A DNA stretch of 17,042 nt from Salpingoeca rosetta. Taxonomy: Eukaryota > Protista > Choanoflagellata. Both the position numbers and the translations under genes were made by a program. Positions 1 to 9,999 of this stretch are shown in pieces. The number at the start of each line of letters is the position of its first letter. The first letter of the stretch is position 1. The DNA lies in assembly GCA_033442325.1 (NCBI GenBank), contig JAWQFM010000003.1, forward strand, positions 2,168,806 to 2,185,847, given 5' to 3'. The notes under the pieces were generated by a model. The model worked only from the letters and a program-made list of their open reading frames with translations. It did no database searches and had not been told where the DNA came from.

Positions 1-190
1 GTGTGCGAGATATATATATATACATATATATATATCAGGCACGCGAGTTACGAGTGCGTGCACAGCAGTCTTAATATTCGTTGTTCCATGCCAGACAACA
101 GGACAGCGGTGGCAAATCACACGCCAGTAACTGAGATGCTCCCCACAGCAGCGACACCTCCGAAACGCCGGCAACACGCCTGTGACACAC

Positions 191-255
191 CTTCTGCATA
201 CGGGCGAGAAATTCCGTTTCATGGGTGGCGCCGACGCCAGCAACATACATGTTGA
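191..255 (-). CDS. VWA domain protein, probable exon 2 (gene continues beyond the left edge)
   Basis: Reads NMYVAGVGATHETEFLARMQK, the strand-helix expected after the VWA TDG motif, and ends at an AAG|GTGTGT donor (190). The acceptor is uncertain: AAG at 258-256 fits the phase of exon 1, while CAG at 275-273 does not. Confidence 0.6.
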
Positions 256-588
256 CTTCATTGTTGACATCACTGTTCCAGTGTCAATGCTTGCTGAGTC
301 AGCAAATTCTGCTGTAAACGTTTCTGTGCACGTGCGCCCAGAAACGGGCGTTTCTGGTTGTTTTGCCACGTGGCACTTCTCTCTCTCCTCCAGTTTTCTG
401 TCTATGTGTGAGAGTGTCTCTCAGTTCATGTTCATTCATCCTACATCCTTGTTTGCTTCACAACTCAAGTAAACACACACAACTTCCCCTTGCCAAGACA
501 ATCTCCCACACAACACACAGCACACTCTGCACACACACACACACACACACACAAGTCTCCAACAACAGCACCATCACCATGAACTTAC

Positions 589-1189
589 AACATTCATTGC
601 CAATCTTGGATGCCGAGTTGAACTTCTCAACCGCGCTGGACAGAGCTTGAAATCGGTCATCCGACGGCATGCTGGCCACTCCATCCGTCATGACGACGAG
701 ATACAGCTGGTGCTGCTCGTCTGGCTTTGCCGTAGAAACTTCCATGGCAGCGTCGATTTCGCGGGCGAGGCGGTCCACGACAATGTCAAAGTCTGTACAC
801 CCATTCGGGCCAGCATGCATGATCTTGTCGCACACAGCATCAATCCCCTCCGCTTCCGTAAGGTCCATTTCTTCCAGCTTGTCGTTGAAATACACGAGAT
901 GGAAGGCGCCAAGTTTGGCCTCACAACAAGTGCGATAGATGTCACAGATGCCGGAATTGAGCGCGTTCATTGAGTCGGACATGGAGTAAGAGTTGTCGGC
1001 AATCACCAGCACACGCGTGTTTGCCTGTGTCTTGGCGTGGCGTTTTGCTTTTGAGCCAGACAGCATTTCCTGCATGCTCAAGTTGACGATGGTTTGCAGC
1101 TTGTTGTCCTCAACGCGCACGAAGCGACACTCGGCCTCGTGGAACCTCACAAGCCCCACGCTGCCGGACGTGCTGCTGCTGCTCATCAT
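589..1189 (-). CDS. von Willebrand factor A (VWA) domain protein, exon 1
   Basis: ATG at 1189 (MMSSSST...). MIDAS elements are present: VLVIADNSYSM (DxSxS), GCTDF (T) and LYLVVMTDG (D). A GTAAGT donor at 588-583 closes the exon in phase 1. Confidence 0.85.
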
Positions 1190-1888
1190 ACTGGCGGTCG
1201 TCTGTTGCTTAGGAGAAAGAGAGCGCTGATTCGCAGAGAAGTGGCTGAAACGGACAAAGCACAGGAGCACAGTAGTGGGAGAAGATGGTTGAAATGGTCG
1301 TGGTGAAAATGCAAATGGGCTTGCCACAACACCGCTTGACGAATCGTTGAGGAAGTGTCGACGACGCTGTCTCTCTGATTATCGAGAGGCGTGAGTGAAT
1401 GCGTGAGTGAGTGTGTTTTGGAGCGTACAGGGGGAGGGAACAAAGCAGGCCAGTTGGAGGAGATGCTCCACGCCAAGAAGAAGCCATAGAATGCGTGCGT
1501 GTTGCTTGTTTTGCCTGCAGAGTGGTTGTTGTCTCGCCGGTTAGGTCAGTGGCAGGACACGTGACCACGTGGGACAACCAACGAAGGTTTGCTGGATGGG
1601 CAATATTGCCTGAACTCAGGAAAAACTTGTGGGCTGACCCCAAATTCTTTGCTCTTTGTTTGTTGTTGTGCTCTTTGTTCTTTACCGCTCTTTGTTCGCT
1701 CAATCATTCTGCCTTGCCCACGTGACAGTCTTCGCTGGTGGTGCTGTGCTGCGCTGCCCTTCTTTGTTGCTTGTCTTGCTTTGCACGCCATTTCGCCAAC
1801 CTGCATTCTCGCCCTCACTGCATTCATTCTCACGTCGGAGGCACAACACGAACACAATCAGAACGCCAGCCACAAGAACAAAACAGGT

Positions 1889-2524
1889 ATGTCGCAGCCA
1901 TCGCAGCAGCACCCACTGCTCAACACGACGGGCGTCTCGGCCGCGTTTCTGAGAAGCTTTCTGGACGACATCAAGAGCACTTTCCCAGAGGACTACGGGC
2001 TGCTCACCACCAAGGACGTGTGCGACAAGCTCATTGTGCCACGGACCAAGGCCGCCAACTGCGCCTACGTGGACAAGCTCAAGGAGGATGCGCCGGACAC
2101 ACTTGGACGAGCCAACATCTTCGTGTCGCATGCGTGGCGGTACAAGATAACGGACGTCATCGCCACCATGCTGGAGTTTGCTGCAGCAAACAGCGAAGAT
2201 ACCTCCTTCTTTTGGCTTGACCTCTTCGTCAATAACCAAAACATCGCCCTAAACCTCCCACAGGACTGGTCAGTGCATGTGTATGGTCGTGTGCGTGTTG
2301 TGCGTTTTGTTACAGAATGCACTTGAGTAGCAAGGGCAAGCCCCCTGGCTCCGTTTATTGTTTTCACTCACTCACTCACTCACTCACTCACTCACTCACT
2401 CACTCACTCACTCACTCACTCACTCACTCACTCACTCACTCTCTCTCTCTCTCTCTCTCTCACACGCACACACACACACTCTCTCTCTCACACACACACA
2501 CTCTCTCACACACACACACACACA

Positions 2525-2559
<35 letters not shown>

Positions 2560-4214
2560 TCTCTCTCTCTCTGTCACTCTCTCACTGACGTCTCGCAGGT
2601 GGAGCACCACGTTTAAGGATTCGATTACATCGATTGGACACGTCTTGTTGCCTGCTAGCACGTGTGTGTTGCCCTGCACCCTGTTGTCGCTTATCTCACG
2701 TGATTGTCTGTGCCTTGTTCAGTTCTTTTGTTCCCTGGTTTACTTCGCATCAGTACACAGAACAAGCCACCGACACACCTCGACCACAGTCCCGTCACAG
2801 GAGCGATCCCATCCCGCTGACGCGTGCGTGGTGTCTGTGGGAAATCTTCTGCGGACTGAGCCAGGACGGGGTGCGCCTCTCCATCCAGCTGCCAGGCGCC
2901 GAAGAGCAGGAGCTGAAGAAGGCAATCCTACAGGAGTCGAGTGCGGTGCTTGATGCTCTCGTGCGCGTGAGAGCAGAGCGAGCTCAGGTATGGAATACCA
3001 ATGACAAGGAAATGATCTTCAAAGCCATTGAGGACAGCGTCGGCTTCACTATCCTCAACGAGAAGGTCAAGGACCAGATGCGCGCGTGGTGTCTGAACAA
3101 GGTCGTGCAATTTGTGGAGCAGGCCAAGAAGGAGTGCAGCGTCGACCCTCGCGTTCGCGCCCTCCTCTGCAACCGTGCGGGCAACATTCTGCACCGCTTC
3201 GGTGCCTCGCAGCAGGCCGCCGAGTACTTTCGCCAAGGGCTCGACCTTGACCGTGAAACGCTTGGGGACAGTCATCAAGACACCGCCACATCATACGCGA
3301 ACCTGGGCAGTGCGCTGGATGCCAATGGCGATGTGGAAGAAGCCATGCGGTGCTTCCAGCAGTGCTTGGACATTCAGGTGGACACCATCGGAAAGAAGCA
3401 CGAGGACACGGCTGCCACGCTGGTCAATCTTGGCGGTAGCTGCACGGCCAAGGGAGACTATGACAAAGCCATCCAGTACTACATGGATGCCCTCACCATC
3501 CAGCAGCAAGTCCTGGGCAAGGATCATCCGGCTGCAGCAACCACCTTGAACAACCTTGGACGAGCCTACAGCAACAAAGGCGACCACGACCGCGCCATCC
3601 AGTTCTACCATACCTGCCTCAAGATTCGCCTGCCCAAGCTCGGCGACAAGCACCCAGACACCGCCACAGCCTACAGCAACATTGGCAGCGAGCTCAAGGA
3701 GAAGGGCGAGTACGAAAACGCAGTGAAACACTATGAGGACTGCCTCAACATCCAGCTGGTCACGCTCGGTAAGGAGCACCCTGAGACCGCTGGCACGTAC
3801 AACAATCTTGGTCTTGTCTACAAGGCTCAGCAAGACTACGAAAGGGCCGTCGAGAACTTCCGTACGTGCCTGCAGATTCAGCTGCGCACACTGGGTACAA
3901 CGCATGCCAACATCGCTACATCCTACAACAACCTTGGCAGCACCCTCAAGGCCATGCGCAAGTACGAGGAGGCCCTCGAGTACTATGAGAAGGCGCTGAA
4001 CATGAAGATCTCCACTGTTGGCGAAGATCATCCTAGCACGGCTGTGTCCCTGCTCAACATCGGCCGTCTGCACCAAGCAACTGGCAAGAAGGAGCGCGCA
4101 AACGAGTACTACAAGCGCGCACTCAGGGCGTTTGAGGCCACACTGGGAGCATCGCATCCGCACACAGTCACTGCCAGCAAGTTTCTTGCAGAGACAGCAA
4201 CCAAGAGCAAGTAA
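1889..4214 (+). CDS. TIR/HET-like domain + 8x TPR protein (~618 aa; choanoflagellate TPR-repeat family type). Exons 1889-2268, 2599-2661, 2801-4214
   Basis: ATG 1889. Splice sites: TG|GTCAGT 2269, CGCAG|2599, AC|GTGTGT 2662 and CACAG|2801, with all junctions in phase 2. TAA at 4212-4214. N-terminal motifs are IFVSHAWRY, FFWLDLFVNNQ, WWSTTF and DPIPLTRAWCLWEIF. Kinesin-light-chain-type TPRs follow (consensus A.tynNlG..y...GdyekA..yy...L.I...tlG..Hp.t). Confidence 0.88.
2365..2585 (+). repeat. Compound intronic microsatellite (CACT)n-(CT)n-(CA)n
   Basis: Directly visible; it fills most of intron 1 of the TPR gene. Confidence 0.97.
3159..4166 (+). repeat. Eight tandem 42-aa (126-nt) TPR units (TPR_10/TPR_12 type)
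   Basis: Exact 42-residue period from ALLCNRAG... to ...GASHPHT. The units are diverged from one another in sequence. Confidence 0.9.
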
Positions 4215-4459
4215 CACGCCCACACGCGCGTATCTGTGTGTGTGTGTATGTGTGTAGGTGTGTATATTTGTGTTCTGTTTGATGATTTGAGATGAGATGA
4301 TTTGCTGTTCGTGGGCTGTCAACTCTCAACCTTGGAAGGGGTTTCCTTTGAAAAGGTTCTGGTTGTTGTTTCATTGCATGCCTGTATCTGTTCTGTTGTT
4401 CTTGTGTGTGTGATCCTTCAAATGTTCATTTCTCTGCATGCTGCGTCCCCAGCTCGTTG

Positions 4460-4505
4460 AAAAAAAAAAAAAAAAAACAACAAAAAAACAACAACAACAA
4501 ACAAA
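4460..4505 (+). repeat. Poly(A)/(AAC)n tract upstream of the 4621 ATG
   Basis: An A-run followed by AAC units, about 120-160 nt upstream of the start codon. Confidence 0.85.
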
Positions 4506-4620
4506 TCCACAGTCTCCACACCTCAACGTACAACCCTTGCTTTGTGTGGGGTGCGCGGTCTGTCATCGCACGCCACATCTCACCACACTTCACTACCACA
4601 CATGGCAAAGAGCTACGACG

Positions 4621-6618
4621 ATGGCAGTAAGCCAGAGCATCAGGGACAGGGACAGGGACAGGACAAGTGTGTGCGGTGTGGTCGCGGCTGGGGTGGCGCT
4701 GCTGCTGCTCATCGTTGTGGCGTACCTCGTCTTGGCTTTTCGATCACATGGTCGGGCGCTCAGCAGCAGCACCAGCGCGCTTGCAACGAGAGGCGCCAGT
4801 GAACATGGGTCGCTCATCGTTGCAGGTGAGCAGCCGAACACGTACGGGTCATTGAGTGTTGCAAACACTGGTACACCGACCCGTATTTCTCAAACCAAGT
4901 TTGGTTGATCCTTGCCACCACCAACTTGTTGCCTCTCATCGGTCTCTTTGCATGGTATTGCACACACACACACACACACACGCACACACACACACACAGG
5001 TGACCTGGAGCGAGGAGCTGCGGACGTTGCCCTCGCCCTACTTGAGCAGGAACGCGCGCACTCGCTGAAGGGAAGAGGAAGAAGACGACGAACCGTCGCT
5101 GTGATTGCACAGTATCCACTGCAGGCTGGCATCTCCTCGCGGGAGAAGCTCGAGGCAAAAGCGCGCCAACTCCACGAGGCCGGCATTCCGCTGCTGATCA
5201 TGGACCTGTGCAACCACCACGAGCGATCGAGGGCGCTCAACACAGTCAAGTGAGTGTGTGTGTGCGCGCGCGCGCGTGTGTGTGTCTGTGTTGGGGCTGC
5301 AGCAACACACACATGGTCCGCTCACAACACGCTGAACGTTTGCGATGCTTACCACTTGTGTATGAAGGAGCGGTACGTGGGTCGGCATTGGGCTCACGGC
5401 GCGGGAGTGCGAGTGCATGGCTCAACACGCAGACGTACGCCAGCAGAATATGACGTACACGTGCGTGTATGAAGTCCACGACAACAGCGACTTGGTAATC
5501 GCAAACGACTGCACGTTTCTTTGCGTGTATGTGCGTCTGTATGCGTGTGTATGCGTGTGTGTTTGTTTGGGGGTTGTGCGTGCGTTTGTATGTGGGTTCG
5601 TGTTTGCTTTCGTATGTGAGCGTTTGTATAAGTGTGTTTGTATCAGTGTGCGTGTGTTGTATGCCTGCTCTTCATCCAACATCATGGATATTGTTCACCA
5701 GCAACCCCCCGTTGTCACTGGCGTCCCAATGCAGACCTTGCTGTCCTCAGAGATGCACCACGTGCTGCTTGTCGATCGAGCCACCGTTACCCAGCGTCTC
5801 TCCCTCATCGTGCACGGCGGGTACGGCGCACACCACCAGCAACGACGAACACTCCTTTGAGTCGTGCACCGCCTCTCACATATGCTATCCCGCTCAAACA
5901 CACACACACACACGCACACACACACACACACACTCAACAAACACTCACGACAGCGCAACCGCCCCAACACATCCCCAACACACCACCCTCAACGTGCACG
6001 TGAACTCGCTTGGGCAGGGCCTCTGGTGTGCATGTGGTGGCACCGCACGATGTCGCAACAGCTCTTGTTTATGGAAGGGAGCTTGCCAGGGCGGGATGCG
6101 TGCTGGACAGGGCTGCACTCCAACAGGTGACGTGTTTCACGCAGTGCACGTCTGTGGCAGGATGCTCAACCATATGGCATAGACACTGTGTTGTTATTAG
6201 ACACTGCATTGTTATTGCTGCTCTCAGCTCACTCTGCTCTCAGTGGCTGTGCGCAGGTTGTGACGGGTGGTGTCGGTGACGACGCGCCAAGCTGGTGCGC
6301 GCAACCACACACATGGACAAAGGTAACACCTGCACAACAAGAACCATGTCATGTCTGCTTACATCAGCGTGCTTGGTCTGCATTCGCTGCATTCGCTGCA
6401 TTCGCTACGCTGCTTTCACGTTGCTGCTGTGCTTTCGTCCTGTGCCACGACCTCACACCGCTCGTGCCCTCCATTGCGTGCCGTGTGATCGTTCAGTTGC
6501 TGTCTCTGCTTCGTCAAGAGGAACATGACGGTGGTGATGCAGGCACGCAGTATCCGCCGAAAACCACAACGCACACCGACACAACACCCTGGGTGTGTTG
6601 ATGTCCCACAGATTATAT

Positions 6619-6654
<36 letters not shown>

Positions 6655-6901
6655 GTTGTTTACGTCACCCTTGTTCAGTGTCACCCCTCCACGTTACTGC
6701 CATCATTGTAGCATCGTTTTCACCACCAGTCAGCGTTCACGCCACCACCACCACCACCACCACCACCACCACCACCACCACCACAGGCCACAGCATGGGC
6801 AGCGCACGTTGCACGATATCACAGCATTGCCGACGCGTGGGCGCAAGAGCAGGAGGTCACATTCCACGCAGCACACGCTGCGATACAGACAGACATGCAA
6901 C
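4621..6901 (+). CDS. 5' exons of a type II membrane protein, probably the N-terminal part of the GT8 gene. Candidate exons 4621-4825, 5000-5249, 5303-5372, 5447-5494, 5735-5820, 6018-6126, 6257-6322, 6497-~6592, 6787-6901
   Basis: ATG 4621, a short charged tail, then a hydrophobic anchor (VCGVVAAGVALLLLIVVAYLVLAF). The listed GT-AG exons chain with compatible phases into the 7063 exon. Exons 1, 2, 6018-6126 and 6257-6322 have good splice sites; 5303-5494 and 6497-6786 are uncertain. No domain recognised. Confidence 0.55.
6620..6783 (+). repeat. (GCT)n tract (~6620-6652) and (CCA)n tract (~6742-6783)
   Basis: Directly visible. The CCA tract abuts the CAG acceptor at 6784-6786. Confidence 0.92.
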
Positions 6902-7062
6902 GTGAGCCATGTGAAACAGCCACATCGTGTGCGTGTGTGTACAGTGTGCGTGCGCGTAGATTGTACTTCTCGTTGTCGTTGTGGTGTCACTACCTGCGCA
7001 TGCTGCTTGCGTTTCATTGTCACCCTAGAGTCAACGCCATGCTGCTCGCTGCATGGTGTCAG

Positions 7063-9198
7063 GGATGATGACTGCATGGGAGCTTCCCCCGTTCAGGTCA
7101 CCGCCCACAAAGGCCTTCATGTTCTTCTCTGGCGTCGATTCACCGGGCCACGAAGTGATGATGTGAGCACGGGATTGCGTTTGCACCATACCCACACTGC
7201 AGCAACCGCAGTTCTGTGATGCGCAGTTGGGTGTTATGACAATGGATGCAACACCAACACGGGACGCTGTCTTGAGGCAATGCTCATCGCTTGGTGCCCT
7301 GCGCTCATGTATCTGTGCTGTGTGTACGTGTGTGTATGTGTGTGGTTGTGCGCGCAATTGCTTGCGTACTTGTGATGTGTGTGTGTGTGTTCACTTACAG
7401 CTACGCTTCTGGCACATTGGACGAGTGGGAGCAGCTTTGTAATGAGGTCAGTCGACCACCGTGGTGCTGGGGATGATGAGCACCTTGCCAGTGACTTAAG
7501 GTGTTGCTGCGTGCAATAACTCCACAGACCAGCACAGTCTACATGGCCACAAACATGACCACACAAGTTCCACCACCACCAGCACCACCACCACCACTAG
7601 CACCACGCGACATTCAGCAACCCCATTATCACACCTGCTGTTGCCGTTGCAGTTGTCAGAGTGCGTTGCCTTCAACACCAGGGGAGAGCTGAAGAAGCGC
7701 GTGCGTCCGCGAGATGACTGGAAGCGGTTTGAAGCCGCAGAGAGCATCAAAGACGGCCTCTACGTTGCCGGTGCGTGATGTGTGTGTGTGCGTGTGTGTG
7801 TGTGTGTGCGTGCGCGTGGTAAACTTAGCGTGTCCTGTGTTTACGTGTGCGTGTCTTCATGTACATACGTATATGTACGTGTGTGCATGTGTGTACATGT
7901 GTGTAGCGTGCTTCAGTATGTGTGTATCTGCTTTGTCTCACCCTGACTGTGTGTCCATTTTGGTCAATTGCATGCAGCCAACATCGACGTGTGCGACTTG
8001 GATCTTCACCACTGCCACAAGGATGCGGTGTGCAACCCACAAGACCTTGCGTCGTACACGTGTACATGCAACAAAGGGTGAGGCAATAGCAGTTGTAACA
8101 ACCACTGACACCCGCGCATGCACGTGTGCTATGCTGTCAAGCGTTGAGGCTTGCACGCCCGTGTACAATTGCACCACACATGTACGTCTTCAGTGTCATG
8201 TCAGCACATGCGCCAGCTTACGTGTCAACCGACTCGTTTCTGCAGATTTGTAGGCGATGGGTATCAGTGCACGCGTGTGTTGCATGAGAGCAGCAGCTTG
8301 AACGGCATGTTGCACGCACTCGACAGACTCGACAGGCCCAAGTTCCCAGAAGTGGATGCACCGTTTGTGTTCTTCCCCCATATGGATTCCAACTTGCACG
8401 ACCTTTTGCTGGTGGAGCGCACCATTCAGGAGGTGTGCCAGTCTCCCTTCTGCTGGGGTCTTGCGTTGGAGTGAATGTTTGTGGATGTGAGTGTGTCTGT
8501 GTGTGTCTGTGTTGTGTGTGTGTGTCTGTGCTGTGTGTGTCTTTGTTTTGAGTGTGTGTCTGCATATGTGTGTGGTAACTTGCTTTGTGTGCGTGTGGTG
8601 TCTTGCGTTGTGTGCGTGGCGTTGTTGTGTGTCATCAGGGACTTCATTCAACCTGCATGCGTGCACCACATCACCCTTTCCCTTTTGCGAACCAGGATGG
8701 CGATGCACACGTTCGGCGATTGATGGACACATGCCGCTCACTTCCGCGTTGTCTCGGATTCAACACAAATGGTCTGATTGTGGTCTTGTTGGCGTGAGAA
8801 CGTGCAAGGGTGTTTGCAAATGGAACGTGTGTGCGGGAATGCACATAAACGTGTGTGCGCATGATCACACGCATGCACACGTCAACACACAAACACACAC
8901 GAACACACACGTCAACACACGCATGCACATCTCAACACACGCATGCACACGTCAACACACGCAAACGCACGCGAACACACACACACACACATACACACAC
9001 ATACAGGGATGCTGAAGGAGCGGATAGCACGACCAGACGAGTGGTACGCATTCACGGAGGACGACAATGCAGGGCTGTATGTGCTCGACATTGACTACTG
9101 CACACTGTCGGACGAGGTGCGACATGTACGCACTTGCGAAGCGAATCTGTTGATTGTCCATACACTCGAAGGAAGAGACACACTCTGTACTCCCCCTC

Positions 9199-9239
<41 letters not shown>

Positions 9240-9692
9240 ACGCACGCACGCACACACGCACGCACGCACGCACACACACACACACGCACACATATTACAC
9301 ACTCACTCAACACACTCTCAACACATGCAACTCCACACACAACGCGTGCTTGTCCGTTACAGGGGTGTGTCGTTGGGGCAAGCTGTCAGAAGAAGGGCCC
9401 AGGCCTCTATCAGTGCGAATGCGATGATGACAGCCTTGAACTCACGGAAGTCAGCGCGGGCGAGGACACAGCAATGGATGCACGCGAACCACGGACTGTG
9501 CAGGTACAGCCCGTCGTAGTAGGAGGGGAGCACCTGTGCTTGTGTCTGCATTGGCGGTTGTTGCGGTGATGACGGTGGCGGCGATGTATCTGAGCAGGTT
9601 TGATGACGTGATTGGCACGTACGCTGAACACACACATACACATGCATGTCCACTTGCCTTGTCACCAGAAGTGTGTTGAAAAGAACGGAGTG
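7063..9692 (+). CDS. Duplicated [PAN/apple-like module + EGF-like domain] region. Exons 7063-7162, 7401-7446, 7653-7770, 7978-8077, 8246-8432, 8696-8771, 9007-9116, 9363-9503, 9669-9692(or longer)
   Basis: Splicing is phase-consistent throughout. Copy 1: AFMFFSGVDSPGHEV...LCNELSECVAFNTRGELKKRVRPRDDWKRF...GLYVAANIDVCDLDLHHCHKDAVCNPQDLASYTCTCNKGFVGDGYQC. Copy 2: PFVFFPHMDSNLHDL...TCRSLPRCLGFNTNGMLKERIARPDEWYAF...GLYVLDIDYCTLSDEGCVVGASCQKKGPGLYQCEC...KC. Confidence 0.8.
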
Positions 9693-9734
9693 GTAATGGC
9701 GCAATCAAGCTTAGTGCACGCACCTGCGGCAGTT

Positions 9735-9742
9735 CAACCACC

Positions 9743-9809
<67 letters not shown>

Positions 9810-9901
9810 CCACAACAACAACAACAACAACAACAACTAACAACAACAACAACAACAACAACTTAAACAACAACAACAACAACTTAAACAACAGCACCAG
9901 C

Positions 9902-9977
<76 letters not shown>

Positions 9978-9999
9978 GCAGCAGCAGCAACAGCAGCAG
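9735..9999 (+). repeat. (CAA)n/(CAG)n tract, potential poly-Gln linker
   Basis: About 265 nt of CAA units ending in CAG units, with CTTAAA interruptions and one extra T at 9838. Confidence 0.97.

Noticed and set aside
1589-1888. Hydrophobic, Cys-rich N-terminal extension of ORF 1589-2326
   Set aside because: It begins at a non-ATG codon and reflects T/G-rich UTR/promoter sequence. ATG 1889 is the plausible start.
3159-4166. 126-nt periodicity as a CRISPR-like array or a hypervariable high-identity repeat cassette
   Set aside because: The periodicity is at protein level (TPR) and the units are well diverged in DNA, with no identical repeat-spacer structure.
3291-4322. 343-aa antisense ORF over the TPR exon
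   Set aside because: Shadow ORF expected from biased codon usage on the coding strand; it has no recognisable motifs.
6617-7219. 200-aa ORF with poly-Ala and poly-His
   Set aside because: Better-supported exons here (6787-6901, 7063-7162) use other frames, and the second aligns with the duplicated module. A small exon near 6612 cannot be excluded.
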